From assembly GCA_021324255.1 (NCBI GenBank), contig JAJPJL010000128.1:26422-90421 (forward strand): 64,000 nucleotides of DNA, written 5' to 3'. Positions within the stretch are counted from its first letter, which is position 1. Each line of letters begins with the position of its first letter. The stretch is from Bacillota bacterium (GTDB lineage Bacteria; Sysuimicrobiota; Sysuimicrobiia; Sysuimicrobiales; Segetimicrobiaceae). Both the position numbers and the translations under genes were made by a program. Shown piece by piece: positions 28,093-39,594 of the stretch. The notes beneath the pieces are model-generated. The model was not told the DNA's origin. It made no database searches and was given only the letters and a program-made list of their open reading frames with translations.

Positions 28093-29007
28093 TCACACCG
28101 GCCCGAGACCGCGCAGGCGCGGATCCAGGACATCCCGGATGCGGTCGCCCAGCAGGTTGAAGGCGAGGACGACCAGGGTGATGACGACCCCGGGAATCGT
28201 CGGCATCCACCAGGCTTGCCACACCAAGTCCTGCGCCTGCCCGATCATCTGGCCGAGGCTTGGCGTCGGCGGTTGGATGCCGAGGCCGAGGAAACTCAGC
28301 GCGGCCTCGAAGACGATCACCACCGGCAGATGGAGGGTGCCGAGCACGAGCACCGTGGGGAGCACGTTGGGCAGCACGTGCCGCGCGAGAATGCGGGCGT
28401 CGGATGCGCCCACCGCGCGGGCTGCGGCCGCAAACTCGCGCTCCCGCAACGCCAGGGCCTCGGCGCGCACCACGCGCGCATAGCCGGGCCACCCGGCGAT
28501 CACCAGCACGGCGATGATTTGCAGCAGCCCGGTGCCGAGTACCGCCACCACGGCCACGGCGAGCAGCAACGTGGGGACGGACAGCTGAGCGTCCACGAGG
28601 CGCATCAACGCGACGTCGAGCCACCCGCCGCGGTAGCCGGTCACCATCCCGATCCCAAGGCCGAGGGCCGTGGACAGCGGGACCACCGCGAGCGCCACCC
28701 CGAGCGAGATGCGCAGGCCGACCAGCAACCTGCTCAGCACATCGCGGCCCAACTGATCCGTGCCGAGCAGGTGGACGCCCCCCGCGACGGGGACGAGCGA
28801 CGGCGGATGCACCGGGATGCCGAGATTCTGCGCGGCCGGATCGTACGGCGTCACGAACGACGCGCCGAACCCGGCCGCCAGCAGAACGGCCAGCAGCGCG
28901 GCGCCGACAGCGCCCGACGGGCTCCGCAGGAGGCGGAGCAGCGTCGAGGCGCGCCCGTCGCTACGCGCCCTGTGCGGCGCCGCGAAGACGAGGGTCGACC
29001 CAGCCAT
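28093..29007 (-). CDS. Peptide/nickel ABC transporter permease (DppC-like)
   Basis: HLLGTDQLGRD, ARAVGAS..RILARHVLPN, LSFLGLGIQPP. Confidence 0.93.
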   Translation of the reverse strand: MAGSTLVFAAPHRARSDGRASTLLRLLRSPSGAVGAALLAVLLAAGFGASFVTPYDPAAQNLGIPVHPPSLVPVAGGVHLLGTDQLGRDVLSRLLVGLRISLGVALAVVPLSTALGLGIGMVTGYRGGWLDVALMRLVDAQLSVPTLLLAVAVVAVLGTGLLQIIAVLVIAGWPGYARVVRAEALALREREFAAAARAVGASDARILARHVLPNVLPTVLVLGTLHLPVVIVFEAALSFLGLGIQPPTPSLGQMIGQAQDLVWQAWWMPTIPGVVITLVVLAFNLLGDRIRDVLDPRLRGLGPV

Positions 29008-29890
29008 AGACCAGATCCACGGTGAGGTTGACGGTGAGGAAGACCGCCGCGCCGATGATCGCGGCCCCCTGGACGACCGGGAAATCGCGCCCCAGCACCG
29101 CCTGCACGGCGAGACGCCCCATGCCCGGCCACGCGAAAATCGATTCGACGACGATCGCGCCGCCGAGCATCTGCCCGAAGCTCAGTCCCAGCACCGTCAG
29201 GATGGGCAGCGCCGCGTTGCGCAGCGCGTGCTTGAACAGCACCACGCGGCCCCGCAGGCCCTTGGCGCGCCCCGTGCGGATGTAGTCTTGGGCCAGCACC
29301 TCGAGCAGGCTCGTCCGCGTGAGCCGACTGACCTGCGCGGCGTAGAAGCCGCCGAGCACGAACGCCGGCAAGATCAGGTGGTCGAGGCCGCCGTAGCCGG
29401 AGACCGGGAGCCAGCCCAGCTTGACGCCGAACACGATGATGAGGAGCAGGCCCAGCCAGAAGCTCGGCATGCTCGTCCCGAGCAGGGCCACGGCCATCGC
29501 GGCCGCATCGATGCTCGACCCGCGCCGCACGGCGGCCACCGTGCCGAATGCGACGCCGAGCACGATCGCCACCGCGAGGGAGGCGAGGGCCAGCTCAAAC
29601 GTCGCGCCGATGTGCCCGGCGATCAGCTCCGTCACCGGCACGCCCTGGCGGTACGAGTAGCCGAGGTCGCCGCGCGCGACCCGCGCGATGAAGCGCCCAT
29701 ATTGCACGGCGAGCGGCCGGTCCAGGCCGTAGGCCTGCCGGATCCGCTCCATATCCTGCCGCGTCGCGTCCTGCGTCACCAGCAGCGTCGCGGGATCGCC
29801 GCTCACGTGCAGCAACACAAACACGATCGTGATCACGCCCAGCATGGCGGTGAGCGAAAACGCCACCCGGCGGATCGCGTACTCGCTCAT
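28961..29890 (-). CDS. Peptide/nickel ABC transporter permease (DppB-like)
   Basis: GDPA..GLDRP, SMPSFWLG, DYIRTGRAKGL, VESIFAWPGMG. Confidence 0.93.
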   Translation of the reverse strand: MSEYAIRRVAFSLTAMLGVITIVFVLLHVSGDPATLLVTQDATRQDMERIRQAYGLDRPLAVQYGRFIARVARGDLGYSYRQGVPVTELIAGHIGATFELALASLAVAIVLGVAFGTVAAVRRGSSIDAAAMAVALLGTSMPSFWLGLLLIIVFGVKLGWLPVSGYGGLDHLILPAFVLGGFYAAQVSRLTRTSLLEVLAQDYIRTGRAKGLRGRVVLFKHALRNAALPILTVLGLSFGQMLGGAIVVESIFAWPGMGRLAVQAVLGRDFPVVQGAAIIGAAVFLTVNLTVDLVYGWVDPRLRGAAQGA

Positions 29891-29927
29891 GACCGGAGAG
29901 TCGCCGCCGCGCGCCGCGGACGCCCGC

Positions 29928-31472
29928 TCAGCGGCTCCACGACGCGTCGGCCATCGTCAACTCCAGGTCCGGACGCGGGGTCCACTGCAGGTCGCGGCTC
30001 ATCCCGTTCGCGTTGGGCGCGGTAAACAGCGTGATGGCGGGCGCCTGATCTTTGTACAGCAGCTGCAGGCGCCGGGAGATGTCGCGCAATTTCGCCTCGG
30101 TGGGCGCCGCCTGCGCCTCCTCCACCAGCTGATCGAACGGGCCGTTACCCGGGCGCCACTGCGACCACTCGCCCGGAGAGTAGAACGCCCGGAGCGGGAT
30201 GATGGTGCTGATCCCAAAGAAATCGGTGAAACGGGTGAACCACCCGTCCTCGGGGAGCTTCCGGTCCATCACCGCCCGCAACTGCACGCCGACCTCCGAC
30301 ACGTTCACCTTCGTCCGGACCCCGATTTGGTTCAACTGCGCGGCGACGGCGAGCACGATGTCGCGGTCGCCGGGGTAGGTGCCGTTCGTTCCGCTGATCG
30401 AGAAGTCGAACCCGTTGGGGTACCCGGCCTCGCGCAGCAAGGCACGCGCCTTGTTCGGATCGTAGGGAAACGGCGGGATGGACGGGTCGCAGGCATCCAT
30501 CACCTCGCTGCAAAACGTCGCCACGGGCGTACCCACGTTGTGCATGACGCTGGTCAGAATGGCCTGGCGATTGATCGCGTAGTTGAGCGCCTGCCGCACC
30601 CGCGGGTCGGCCAGCGGCTTGTCTTTCGCGATGTTGACCAAATTGTAGATGACGAAGAACACGCTCAGGCTCTTGCCCACCACGAGTTTGGTCCTCGGGG
30701 ACGTCTCGAGCGGCGTGAACAGCTCCGGCGGCAACAGAGGGGCCAGCTGCACCGATCCCGCCAGGAGCTCCGCGACCCGCGGCGCGTCGGTGGGGATCAC
30801 GCGAACGGTCACGCGGCTGATTTTCGGCCGCCCGCCCCAGTAGTCGGGATTGGCCTCGAGCTCGACGCGGTCGTCCTTGACCCAGCTCACGAAGCGGTAG
30901 GCTCCCGTCCCGACGGCGTGCCGGACGAGCGCGTCAGCGCCATTTTGCCGGAGATATCCCGGCGGCACGACCATGCCATAGTAGCCGAGGAATCGCGGCA
31001 GCAGCGGCCAGGGCTGCGAGGTCGTGATGCGGACCGTGTCGTCGTCGACCGCGGTCACCGCCTTGATCAACCGCAGCGCCCCGGCGCCCGCCCAGTGCGT
31101 CTTGGGATCCAACATTCGGTCGAACGAGAACTTCACGGCCCCGGCATTAAAGGGCTCGCCGTCCTGGAACTTCACGCCTTTGCGGAGTTTGAATTCCCAG
31201 GTCGTCGGGTCGACCGCGCGCCACGACAACGCCAGCCCGGGTTTGAGATTCAGCGCCGCATCGCGGCGCACCAGCGTATCATACACGTTGGCCAGCACGG
31301 CCACCGTCGCGAGGCCGGTGCTCCCGGCCGGGTCGCCGGTGTCGATGTCGGCGCTCTGCGCAACGACCAGCGTACGGGGCGTTTGCGCCCGGGTCGCCGC
31401 CGCCCCCATCGTGAGCACGACCGCCACACCGGCGCAGAGTGCAATGACCTTGCGCCGCATCTCCAGCCTCAT
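29928..31472 (-). CDS. ABC substrate-binding protein, family 5 (DppA-like)
   Basis: Signal peptide; WEFKLRKGVKFQDG, VGTGAYRF, DPRVRQALNYAINR. Confidence 0.93.
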   Translation of the reverse strand: MRLEMRRKVIALCAGVAVVLTMGAAATRAQTPRTLVVAQSADIDTGDPAGSTGLATVAVLANVYDTLVRRDAALNLKPGLALSWRAVDPTTWEFKLRKGVKFQDGEPFNAGAVKFSFDRMLDPKTHWAGAGALRLIKAVTAVDDDTVRITTSQPWPLLPRFLGYYGMVVPPGYLRQNGADALVRHAVGTGAYRFVSWVKDDRVELEANPDYWGGRPKISRVTVRVIPTDAPRVAELLAGSVQLAPLLPPELFTPLETSPRTKLVVGKSLSVFFVIYNLVNIAKDKPLADPRVRQALNYAINRQAILTSVMHNVGTPVATFCSEVMDACDPSIPPFPYDPNKARALLREAGYPNGFDFSISGTNGTYPGDRDIVLAVAAQLNQIGVRTKVNVSEVGVQLRAVMDRKLPEDGWFTRFTDFFGISTIIPLRAFYSPGEWSQWRPGNGPFDQLVEEAQAAPTEAKLRDISRRLQLLYKDQAPAITLFTAPNANGMSRDLQWTPRPDLELTMADASWSR

Positions 31473-31561
31473 CCCCACTCCCCCTTCGCGCACCGCATTC
31501 GACTTCGCACCTCCCGGCCCCGGCGTGGACGCGGCCGGCCCCGCCGCACCGGACGTCGTGC

Positions 31562-32962
31562 TCAACTCCCGGATGCGGCGATCGGCGCGGCCGCCTCGGC
31601 CCCCGCCTCGTCTTTGTACCCGTAGACCTCGGGGAGCAGAAAGAGCGCGGCCAGCAGCCCGATCAACGGAAACACCGCGATAAACAGGGTTGCGTTCGCC
31701 TTGCCGATGGCGCCGAACAACGTTGGGAAGAGAAAGATGCTCAGGAACGACGGCAGCTTCACAAAGACATAGGAAAAGCCGCTCGCGGTCCCCCGGTACG
31801 CGGACGAGGCCACCATGGACGGAATGGTCATGACATTTTCCGCGTCCCAGTAGTGACCCCACAGCATCGCGGCCGCCACGAACGGCAGGAGGATCAGCAT
31901 GTTAGTGTAGATGGCAATAGCGGCGACGATCAACGAGACGAAGACGATGGCGAACCCCCAGATACTGAGTTTTCGCTGCCCGATCTTCGGCGTGATGATC
32001 GGTCCTACCCACCCGGAGATGACCGCGATCAGATAGATCGCCAGCGTGATGAGGTTCGTCTGCAAGATGCCGGACACGTTCAACAGCACGAACAGGACCG
32101 GCAGGTAGAACGCGAACGTCGAGAACTCCGTGCTCTCGGCGAAACAGGCGATCCACCCGTACAGCGTCGCGCGCCACGCGATCCGGTTCCGGCGGACGTC
32201 CGCGATGAACGCGGTGAGCCGCGCGGGCGGCACCTCGACATCCTCGTCCGGCAACATCTCGAGGCTGTCGCCGTACATCTGCTGCGCGACGCGCTTGGCT
32301 TCGCGGAACCTGCCCCGCTGGACCAACCAGATGACGGTCTCCGGCAAATTGTACCGCAGGAGGAACAGGATGATCGCGGGGAGCCCGGACAGTCCCAGCA
32401 CGACGCGCCACAGCGTGTCCGGGGGCACCTTCATGACGAGGAACACCAGCACCACCGCGATGGCCACCACTTCGCCGAGCGCAAACACGAACTGCCAGCG
32501 GTTCCCCATCACCTCGCGCTTGCCCCGCTGCATGTACTCCATGATGTAGGTGTAGCCGTTGGCGATGTCGGCGCCCAGCGGGATCCCCAGGAAGAACCGC
32601 ACCGCCGCGAGCACGCCCATGTTCGGGACGAACGCCTGGGCCGTCCCGAACACAAAGAACATGAGCATCGTGCCGAGAAACACGACGCGCCGCCCCACCC
32701 GGTCGGTCAACCACCCGCCGGCCAACGCGCCGACCACCGCGCCACCCTGCGTGGCCGCCCCGGTCAACCCGAGGAGCCACGACGACGGGTGGAAGATCTG
32801 GGACAGGAAAATCAAAATGAAGGCGATCGAATACAAGTCCCACGACTCGATGAAGATCGATGCGATCATCAACCATCCGACCTGGGACCCCTTGGGACTG
32901 TGTTGCTCGACGAGGTGATCGAGAGCGCGCGCCACGACGGCTCGGTCGAGCGTACCGCTCAT
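31562..32962 (-). CDS. MFS transporter (sugar porter-like)
   Basis: GWLTDRVGRR, LPET..WL, YRGTASG, LPE; about 12 TM helices. Confidence 0.9.
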   Translation of the reverse strand: MSGTLDRAVVARALDHLVEQHSPKGSQVGWLMIASIFIESWDLYSIAFILIFLSQIFHPSSWLLGLTGAATQGGAVVGALAGGWLTDRVGRRVVFLGTMLMFFVFGTAQAFVPNMGVLAAVRFFLGIPLGADIANGYTYIMEYMQRGKREVMGNRWQFVFALGEVVAIAVVLVFLVMKVPPDTLWRVVLGLSGLPAIILFLLRYNLPETVIWLVQRGRFREAKRVAQQMYGDSLEMLPDEDVEVPPARLTAFIADVRRNRIAWRATLYGWIACFAESTEFSTFAFYLPVLFVLLNVSGILQTNLITLAIYLIAVISGWVGPIITPKIGQRKLSIWGFAIVFVSLIVAAIAIYTNMLILLPFVAAAMLWGHYWDAENVMTIPSMVASSAYRGTASGFSYVFVKLPSFLSIFLFPTLFGAIGKANATLFIAVFPLIGLLAALFLLPEVYGYKDEAGAEAAAPIAASGS

Positions 32963-33315
32963 CCTTGCACCTCCGTGAGGGTCGCCGCGCTGTTACCGGT
33001 GCGGTTCGCTACCGGGGACGATGCCATCTTAGGCGCGCCACGCGGCATGGACCTCCGCGTGTCGCGGCCACAGGTGGGGCTCCCACACGTCGCCGTTCAA
33101 CGGACGGGCGAGCTGGAACGGTCCGGGTGCGACTGAGAAACCTCGGCGCAATCCCGCGTCCACATTCGGAGATGCGTCCTCGGGTTCCTGTAGTCCTCGG
33201 TGGAGCGCCGCGCGACCACGGTGGGCGCAAGAGGATGATGGTCGCACCGAACGACTTGCGGTCGCGGGGAAGCGCGGAGCGGCCCCGCCCGTCGAAGCCG
33301 GCTACCCCCCGGCGG

Positions 33316-34728
33316 TCACGATGGGACCACCTCGCGGACGGCGCCGAGTCTACTCATGTGCCATGCGCTGAGACACGCGAGCGCCGCGACGGGCAGCGCG
33401 GCAAGAAACACCCACACGCCGGCCGTCCGCGCGGCCGGCACGGAGAACCCATGGGCGAGCCCGGCAAGGTTTGCGACCGCGGCGGCCAGGGCCGAACCGA
33501 CCGCGGCCCCCGTGAGTCGAATCGTCGCGATACCCGCGCCGCCGAGCGCGCGCTCTTCGCTCGCGAGGGCGCCCAGAATACCCTGACTGATAAACGCGTA
33601 CGATAGGCCGAACCCCGCGCCGATCAAGCCGCTGGCCATCACCACCCAGGGGAGACGGCCACCGTCAAACACCGCGGCGCAGCATGCCACGCCGATGAAG
33701 ATCGTCGCGGCCCCCAGGCGGATCAGCCGGTTCGGCCACTGCCCGGCGAGCCCCGCCACGGGAAGCGCGACTGCGGTCCAGCACACGGCCTCCGCGCTGA
33801 CCACGTAGCCGGCGGCAAGCGGCGACAGGCCCCGCAACGTCTGGAGCACAGCCGGCCCATAGACTGTCAGCCCCATCGTGGCAACGTAGAGCAGGAACAG
33901 CGTGGCGTACCCGGCGCCATGGAGGGTGCGCGGGTCACCCGACCCCGGAGGGAACAATCGCACCGTCCGGCGGGCGTCGAGCCGCAGCATGACCAGGAGC
34001 GCCGCGGCGCCGAGGCCGTCCAACACGGCCACGCGCGTGAAGTCACCCGCCAAATCCGAGACGGCGATCAACGTAATCCCGATGGCGATGAAGCCCAATT
34101 GCGGCCACGCCACCGCCGTCGGCGCGACGGCGCCTTCCCTGGCCGGCAGCATGACCCTGGCGGCGCCCGCGACGATCGCGCCCTGCGCGGCGAACATCCA
34201 GAACACGGCCCGCCATGCACCGGCGTCGGCGAACAGACCCCCGAGCAGCGGCCCCACGAGCACGGCGACGCCCCAGATCGAGCTGATCGCGCTGTAGACG
34301 CGCGGCAACAAGCGGTCCGCAAACAGGAGGCCGATCGCGACCGAGGAGAGGCCTGCCAGCCAGCCCCCGGCGATCCCCTGCAACACCCGCCCCGCCACGA
34401 ACGCGAAGATCTGCGGCGCGACGGCGCTCACCACGCAGCCGCCCGCGTACAGCAGCGCCGCCGCGGCGGTAGCCGTGCGCAGGCCAAGGCGCAGGGCCAG
34501 AATGCCCGACGTGGCCCCCGCGAGCACGGAGCCCGTGAGATAGCCTGCCGTGGCCCAGCCGAAATACGCGTAACCGCCCAGCGCCCGACCGACGCTGGGC
34601 ATGATGGTCGTGGTGACCAAGCTGTCCGCCGCGTACAGCCACACCGCCAGGCAAATCAGGACGAAGGCCGGCAGCCGTCCCTCGCTCAGCACGTCTGCCC
34701 AGCTCGGGCCGGTCGAAGCTCCGATCAT
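33316..34728 (-). CDS. MFS transporter (DHA2-like efflux)
   Basis: GRVLQG.AGG, GPLLGG...WRAVF; about 14 TM helices. Confidence 0.88.
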   Translation of the reverse strand: MIGASTGPSWADVLSEGRLPAFVLICLAVWLYAADSLVTTTIMPSVGRALGGYAYFGWATAGYLTGSVLAGATSGILALRLGLRTATAAAALLYAGGCVVSAVAPQIFAFVAGRVLQGIAGGWLAGLSSVAIGLLFADRLLPRVYSAISSIWGVAVLVGPLLGGLFADAGAWRAVFWMFAAQGAIVAGAARVMLPAREGAVAPTAVAWPQLGFIAIGITLIAVSDLAGDFTRVAVLDGLGAAALLVMLRLDARRTVRLFPPGSGDPRTLHGAGYATLFLLYVATMGLTVYGPAVLQTLRGLSPLAAGYVVSAEAVCWTAVALPVAGLAGQWPNRLIRLGAATIFIGVACCAAVFDGGRLPWVVMASGLIGAGFGLSYAFISQGILGALASEERALGGAGIATIRLTGAAVGSALAAAVANLAGLAHGFSVPAARTAGVWVFLAALPVAALACLSAWHMSRLGAVREVVPS

Positions 34729-34749
34729 CCCGCCGGTCGATCCCGACCG

Positions 34750-34947
34750 CTACCCGCCGGTCGCTCGTCTCGGCGCGAGCCGCCGGCGGATACGGTCGAC
34801 CACGGGGATGGCCGGTTCTCCAGGGCCGATGCGGTGCGTGGCCGTGCCTTCGAGCAGACGGCGAAGCCGCTCGCCGGCGATCTCGCGCTCCATCTCCAGC
34901 CGGTACGCGCCGCCCAGGTCGATGACGATCGTTGCATCGAGGTTCAC
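34750..34947 (-). CDS. Small hypothetical protein (65 aa) upstream of the MFS gene
   Basis: GGAGG RBS before GTG 34947; MNLDATIVIDLGGAYRLEMEREIAGERLRRLL. Confidence 0.5.
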   Translation of the reverse strand: MNLDATIVIDLGGAYRLEMEREIAGERLRRLLEGTATHRIGPGEPAIPVVDRIRRRLAPRRATGG

Positions 34948-35284
34948 CGAGGACCTCCACCGTTTACCGTGATTGTGGCAACAAAGCTCCACGGCCCGCA
35001 CCGATACGATACGCAGGGCATGGCCTGTCACATGGGACAGGATATACCATCGCCGGTCCCGGCGCCGCGACGATGCGGATCCGCGGCGGTCTGGGCCGCG
35101 CGTTCAAGAGCAGGGCACGACTCGTCCCCGGACGGTGTTCGCGGTTCACGACGGAGGAACCGTCCCGCGCTCTTCGCGAAGAGCGTGACATTAGGTACGG
35201 GATCCCCGGGCACGGACGCCCGAGCCACGTCGTTCATCGCGTCGGCCCGCACACGGCATCGGCGGTACACCTGCGATACACACC

Positions 35285-38200
35285 ATGTATTTCGACTGGC
35301 GGCTGTGGCAGTGGACCCGGGGCTATCGCGCGCGAATCGCCGCGGCGGTCGTGTTGGGGCTGCTTGGCTCCGGGATCGGCATCGCGCGATTCGCGCTGCT
35401 CGCGTGGATGCTGGCCCTCGTGTTCCGAGGCGCCTCCGCCGGCGCCCTCGTCGCCCCGGGCATCGCCGCCGTCGGGGCGGTGCTGCTGCGCGGCGCGCTG
35501 GAGCACGCCCGCACGGTGGTCGCGCACGGCACCGCGGCGCGCATCCAGGAGGCCCTGCGCGGGCGGCTCTACGATAAGATCGCCGATCTCGGGCCGGCCT
35601 GGCTTGCCGGCGAGCGCACGGGGGCCGTCACGCTGTCTGTCGTGGACGGGGTCGAGTGACTGCAGACCTTCTTCGGACAGTATCTGCCGCAACTGTCCGT
35701 GGCGGCGGTGACGCCGATCGTCATCTTCGCCTTCATCGCGTGGTGGGACGTCCCCGCGGCGGCCGTGATGCTGGTGTTTGCGGTTGCGGGCCTCGCGGTG
35801 CCATCGGCCGTTCACCGCTGGGCCTCGGCCGCATCGCACGCGCAGGACACCTCGGCCCGAGCGTTCAGCGCGGAGTTCTTGGATGCGCTGCAGGGGCTCG
35901 GCACGCTGAAGGCGTTCGGCCAGAGCGCCGCGTACGGCCGGCTGCTCGGCCAGCGCGCCAGGACGCTCGCCCACGCCATGATCCGCGTGCTCGCCATCAG
36001 CCTGATCACGCGCGGGATCACCGACGTGGCCATCGCGCTCGGCGCGGGCGGCGCGCTCGCCGTCGGCGCGTACCGGGTCTCACACGGCTTCATGACGCTG
36101 CCCTCCCTGCTCGTCGTCCTCATGGCAGGCACCGAGGTCTTCCGGCCGCTGCGGGACCTTCGTACCGTCATGCATCAGGGGCTGACGGGTCAAGCCGCCG
36201 CGATGGGCATCAAGAATCTCCTCGATGCGGGCCCGCCGCTCGAGGCCCGCGGCGGCGAGCGGCCCGCCGCGCTTCAGCCGTCCATCGCGTTCGAGAACGT
36301 CCACTTCTCGTATCCGGGCGGCCGGCGGGCTGCGCTGGACGGCCTGTCATTCGACATCGCCGCGGGCGAGCGGATCGGCATCGTCGGGATGAGCGGCGCC
36401 GGGAAATCCTCGATCGCGCGTCTGCTGATGCGGCTCTACGATCCGCAGGCCGGCGCCGTCCGGATCGGGGGGCGAAATCTTCGCGACATCGATCCGGAGG
36501 TCGTGCGGGCGCACATCGCCGTCGTGCAGCAAGACACGTACCTGTTCCACGGCACCATCGAGGATAATCTGCGCCTCGGCCGGCCGGACGCCACCGCGGC
36601 CGACTTGGAGGCGGCCGCGCGGGCGGCGAACGCCCACGAATTTATCGCGGCGCTGCCGGATGGCTATGCGAGCCGCATCGGAGAACGCGGCGCGAAGCTG
36701 TCCGGCGGACAGCGCCAGCGTTTAGCCATCGCACGGGCGCTGCTCCGCAACGCGCCGATCCTCATCCTGGACGAGGCCCTCTCGTCGGTCGACGCGGAGA
36801 ATGAGGCCGTTATCCAGGAGGCGCTCGACCGGCTCATGGTGGGCCGGACCACGCTCATCCTGGCGCACCGCCTCTCCAGCGTCATCGGTGCCGATCGCAT
36901 CGTCGTGATCGACGCCGGCCGCGTCGTGGAGAGCGGTCGCCACGAAACGCTGATGGGGCGGGACGGCGCGTATCGCCGGCTCATGGGCGAGCAAGCACAC
37001 GAGCGCGGCGAGGTCGCCGAACCGGCGCGGAGCGAGAACGGAGCGCCGGCACCGGACGCGCTGGGGCGCCCCGGCGGCGGGGGGGCAGCCGGGGAGCCGG
37101 ATGCGATCCTCCGCGCCGACCGCCTCGGACTCGGGCGCACGGTGTCCGCGCTGATGCGCTTCGTCCGGCCGCAGCGGCTTCGGCTCGCCCTCACGGTGTC
37201 GCTGGCGTTCGGCCGCACGATCGCGTACATCGGGGTCGCCATCGCCGGCGCCCTGATTGTCGCCGCCATCCGCCGCCACGCACCGTACGGCCCGTATCTC
37301 GTGGTGCTTGCCATCGTCGCCCCGCTCGCTGGTATTCTCCACTGGATCGAATCGTGGCTGGCCCACGATGTGGCGTACCGGCTGCTCGTCGACATGCGCA
37401 TCGCCCTGTATCAAAAACTGGACAGCCTTGCGCCCGCGTACCTGCTACGCCGCCGCTCCGGCGACCTGGTGGGGCTTGCGACGCAGGACATCGAGACCAT
37501 CGAGTACTTCTTCGCGCACACGATCGCCCCGGTGACGGTGGCCGCCGTGATCCCGGCCGCGGTGCTTGCCGTGCTTGCGGCCGTCGCATGGCCGACCGCC
37601 GCGGCGCTCGCGCCGTTCCTCGTGCACGCGCTGTGGCAGCCCCTGTTCGTCCGGCGGCGCATCGACGAGATCGGAGGACGGGTGCGTGAAGGGCTCGGCC
37701 GCCTCACGGCGCACGTGACAGACACGATCCAGGGGTTATCGGAGCTCGTCGCGTTCCAGGCCGTCGGCAGGCGCCGCGAGGAGTTTCTTACCGCGCTGCG
37801 GGCCTATAACGCCGTCCGCTTGCGGTTTCTGGGCGACCTATCGTGGCAGACCGCACAACTGGAGATGGTCACCGGGCTCGGAGGCCTCGCCGTCGCGCTG
37901 ACCGGCGGCCTGCTGGCCGTGCGGGGAAGGCTCGACCCAGGCATGCTGCCGCTGTTGACGCTGCTCGCGGTCTCGGCGTTTCTGCCGATCGCCGAGATCG
38001 CGTCCGTGGGGCGTCAACTGGCCGACACATTTGCGTCGACGCGCCGGCTACAGGCGGTCCACGCCGAACCGATCGCCGTCACGGACGGGCCCGCAACGCC
38101 CGCACTCCCCTCATCCCACGGCTCCTCGATCCGATTCGACCGCGTCACGTTTGCCTACCCGGAGACGGCCCGCCCGGCCCTCACGTCCGTTACGCTCGAG

Positions 38201-38881
38201 GTGCCGGCGGGCGCCACGGTGGCCCTGGTCGGGCCGTCCGGCGCGGGCAAGACCACGATGGCGAACTTGCTATTGCGGTTCTGGGACCCGCGGGATGGCG
38301 CCATCACGCTCGACGGCCTTGATCTGCGCCACTACCAACTCGACCATCTCCGCCGCCGGATCGCGCTGGTGGCCGAACACACCTACCTATTCAATCAAAC
38401 CCTGCGTGCCAACGTGCGGCTCGCCCGACCCGAGGCCACCGACCGCGAGATCGCGCTGGCGGTCGAGCGCGCCGCGCTGAGTGAGTTCGTGGCATCCCTG
38501 CCCGACGGCCTGGACACACCGGTCGGGGAGCACGGGATGCAGCTCTCGGGGGGACAGCGTCAGCGCGTCGCCATCGCCCGCGCGTTTCTCAAAAACGCCC
38601 CCGTGCTGATCCTCGACGAGGCAACGTCGCATCTCGACGCCGTCAACGAGGCGCTCATCCGCGAGGCGCTGGCCGACCTGATGCGGGGCCGCACCACCAT
38701 CGTGATCGCCCACCGGCTGTCGACCGTCCGCACCGCCGATCTCATCGCGGTGCTCGACCAAGGGCGCCTGGTCGAAACGGGGACGCACGCCGGCCTCCTG
38801 GCGCGCGGCGGGCTCTACGCCGCGCTCGTCGGGCGGCAGCTTGGCGGCCTGCAATGCGCACCCCAGCGGATGTCGTCCTAA
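35285..38881 (+). pseudogene. Fused ABC exporter (TMD-NBD-TMD-NBD, CydDC/IrtAB-like) interrupted by an in-frame TGA at 35657-35659
   Basis: ORFs 35285-35659 and 35699-38881 share a frame; SVVDGVE*LQTFFGQYLPQL reads as continuous TMD; two Walker A (GMSGAGKS, GPSGAGKT) and two LSGGQ motifs. Confidence 0.85.
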
Positions 38882-39531
38882 GCCTGTGCCCCTTGGCGGC
38901 GCGCCCGGGCGTCACGCGCGTACCGAAGCGTCCACCAGATCAACGCCGCGGTGATCCCCCAGGACTCGATCGGCCCGACGACCAGCACTTGCGGAATCGA
39001 CAACGTGAGCACCAGCGCGATCTTGATCGCTACTCCCGCGATCCATCCGGCGCCCCGCACGGCAGTCATCACCCGAAATGTACGGCGGGCCCCCGGGAGT
39101 TCCCAGAGCGCGTTGAACTGAGCGACCCGGGCCGGATCGTGCCCGGTGCTGAAATCCCGTCCGATAAAGAACAAGAGCGGGCGGGGCCACCACAGCGACG
39201 CCAGGCACACGATGGCCAGGGCGCCGGTGACAAACGACTCTCGCAGCAACACCATCCGGGCGTCGCCGCTCATGAACGCGGTGACGGCCCCGACCCCGAT
39301 CCCTACCAGCACCACGACCCCGATGATGTCCAGCGTCCGGCTTCGCATCAGGCTGAGCACGTTGGCGAGGACCGGGAACGTTCCCGAGAGGACGAGGGCG
39401 AGAGCCGGTGACATTGCCGGGGCAAACCGGATCAGGTAATGATAGGTAAGGTACGGGCACGCGACATCCAACACGAGCATCGGCAAAACGCGCCGGATGT
39501 TGAACCCTTCGTCAGATCGGACGACCCCCAC
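38878..39531 (-). CDS. VC0807-like membrane protein
   Basis: GDARMVLLRES.VTG...SL..PRPLLF...FRVMT; about 6 TM helices. Confidence 0.7.
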   Translation of the reverse strand: MGVVRSDEGFNIRRVLPMLVLDVACPYLTYHYLIRFAPAMSPALALVLSGTFPVLANVLSLMRSRTLDIIGVVVLVGIGVGAVTAFMSGDARMVLLRESFVTGALAIVCLASLWWPRPLLFFIGRDFSTGHDPARVAQFNALWELPGARRTFRVMTAVRGAGWIAGVAIKIALVLTLSIPQVLVVGPIESWGITAALIWWTLRYARDARARRQGAQA

Positions 39532-39594
39532 TGCTCCCCCCTCCTTCCCCGATGCGAGGGTACTCTCACAGATACACGCACCCCAGCCGCCGTG

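Noticed and set aside
33009..33300. Short ORFs or a structured RNA between the two MFS genes
   Set aside because: No RBS, protein motif or riboswitch consensus recognised
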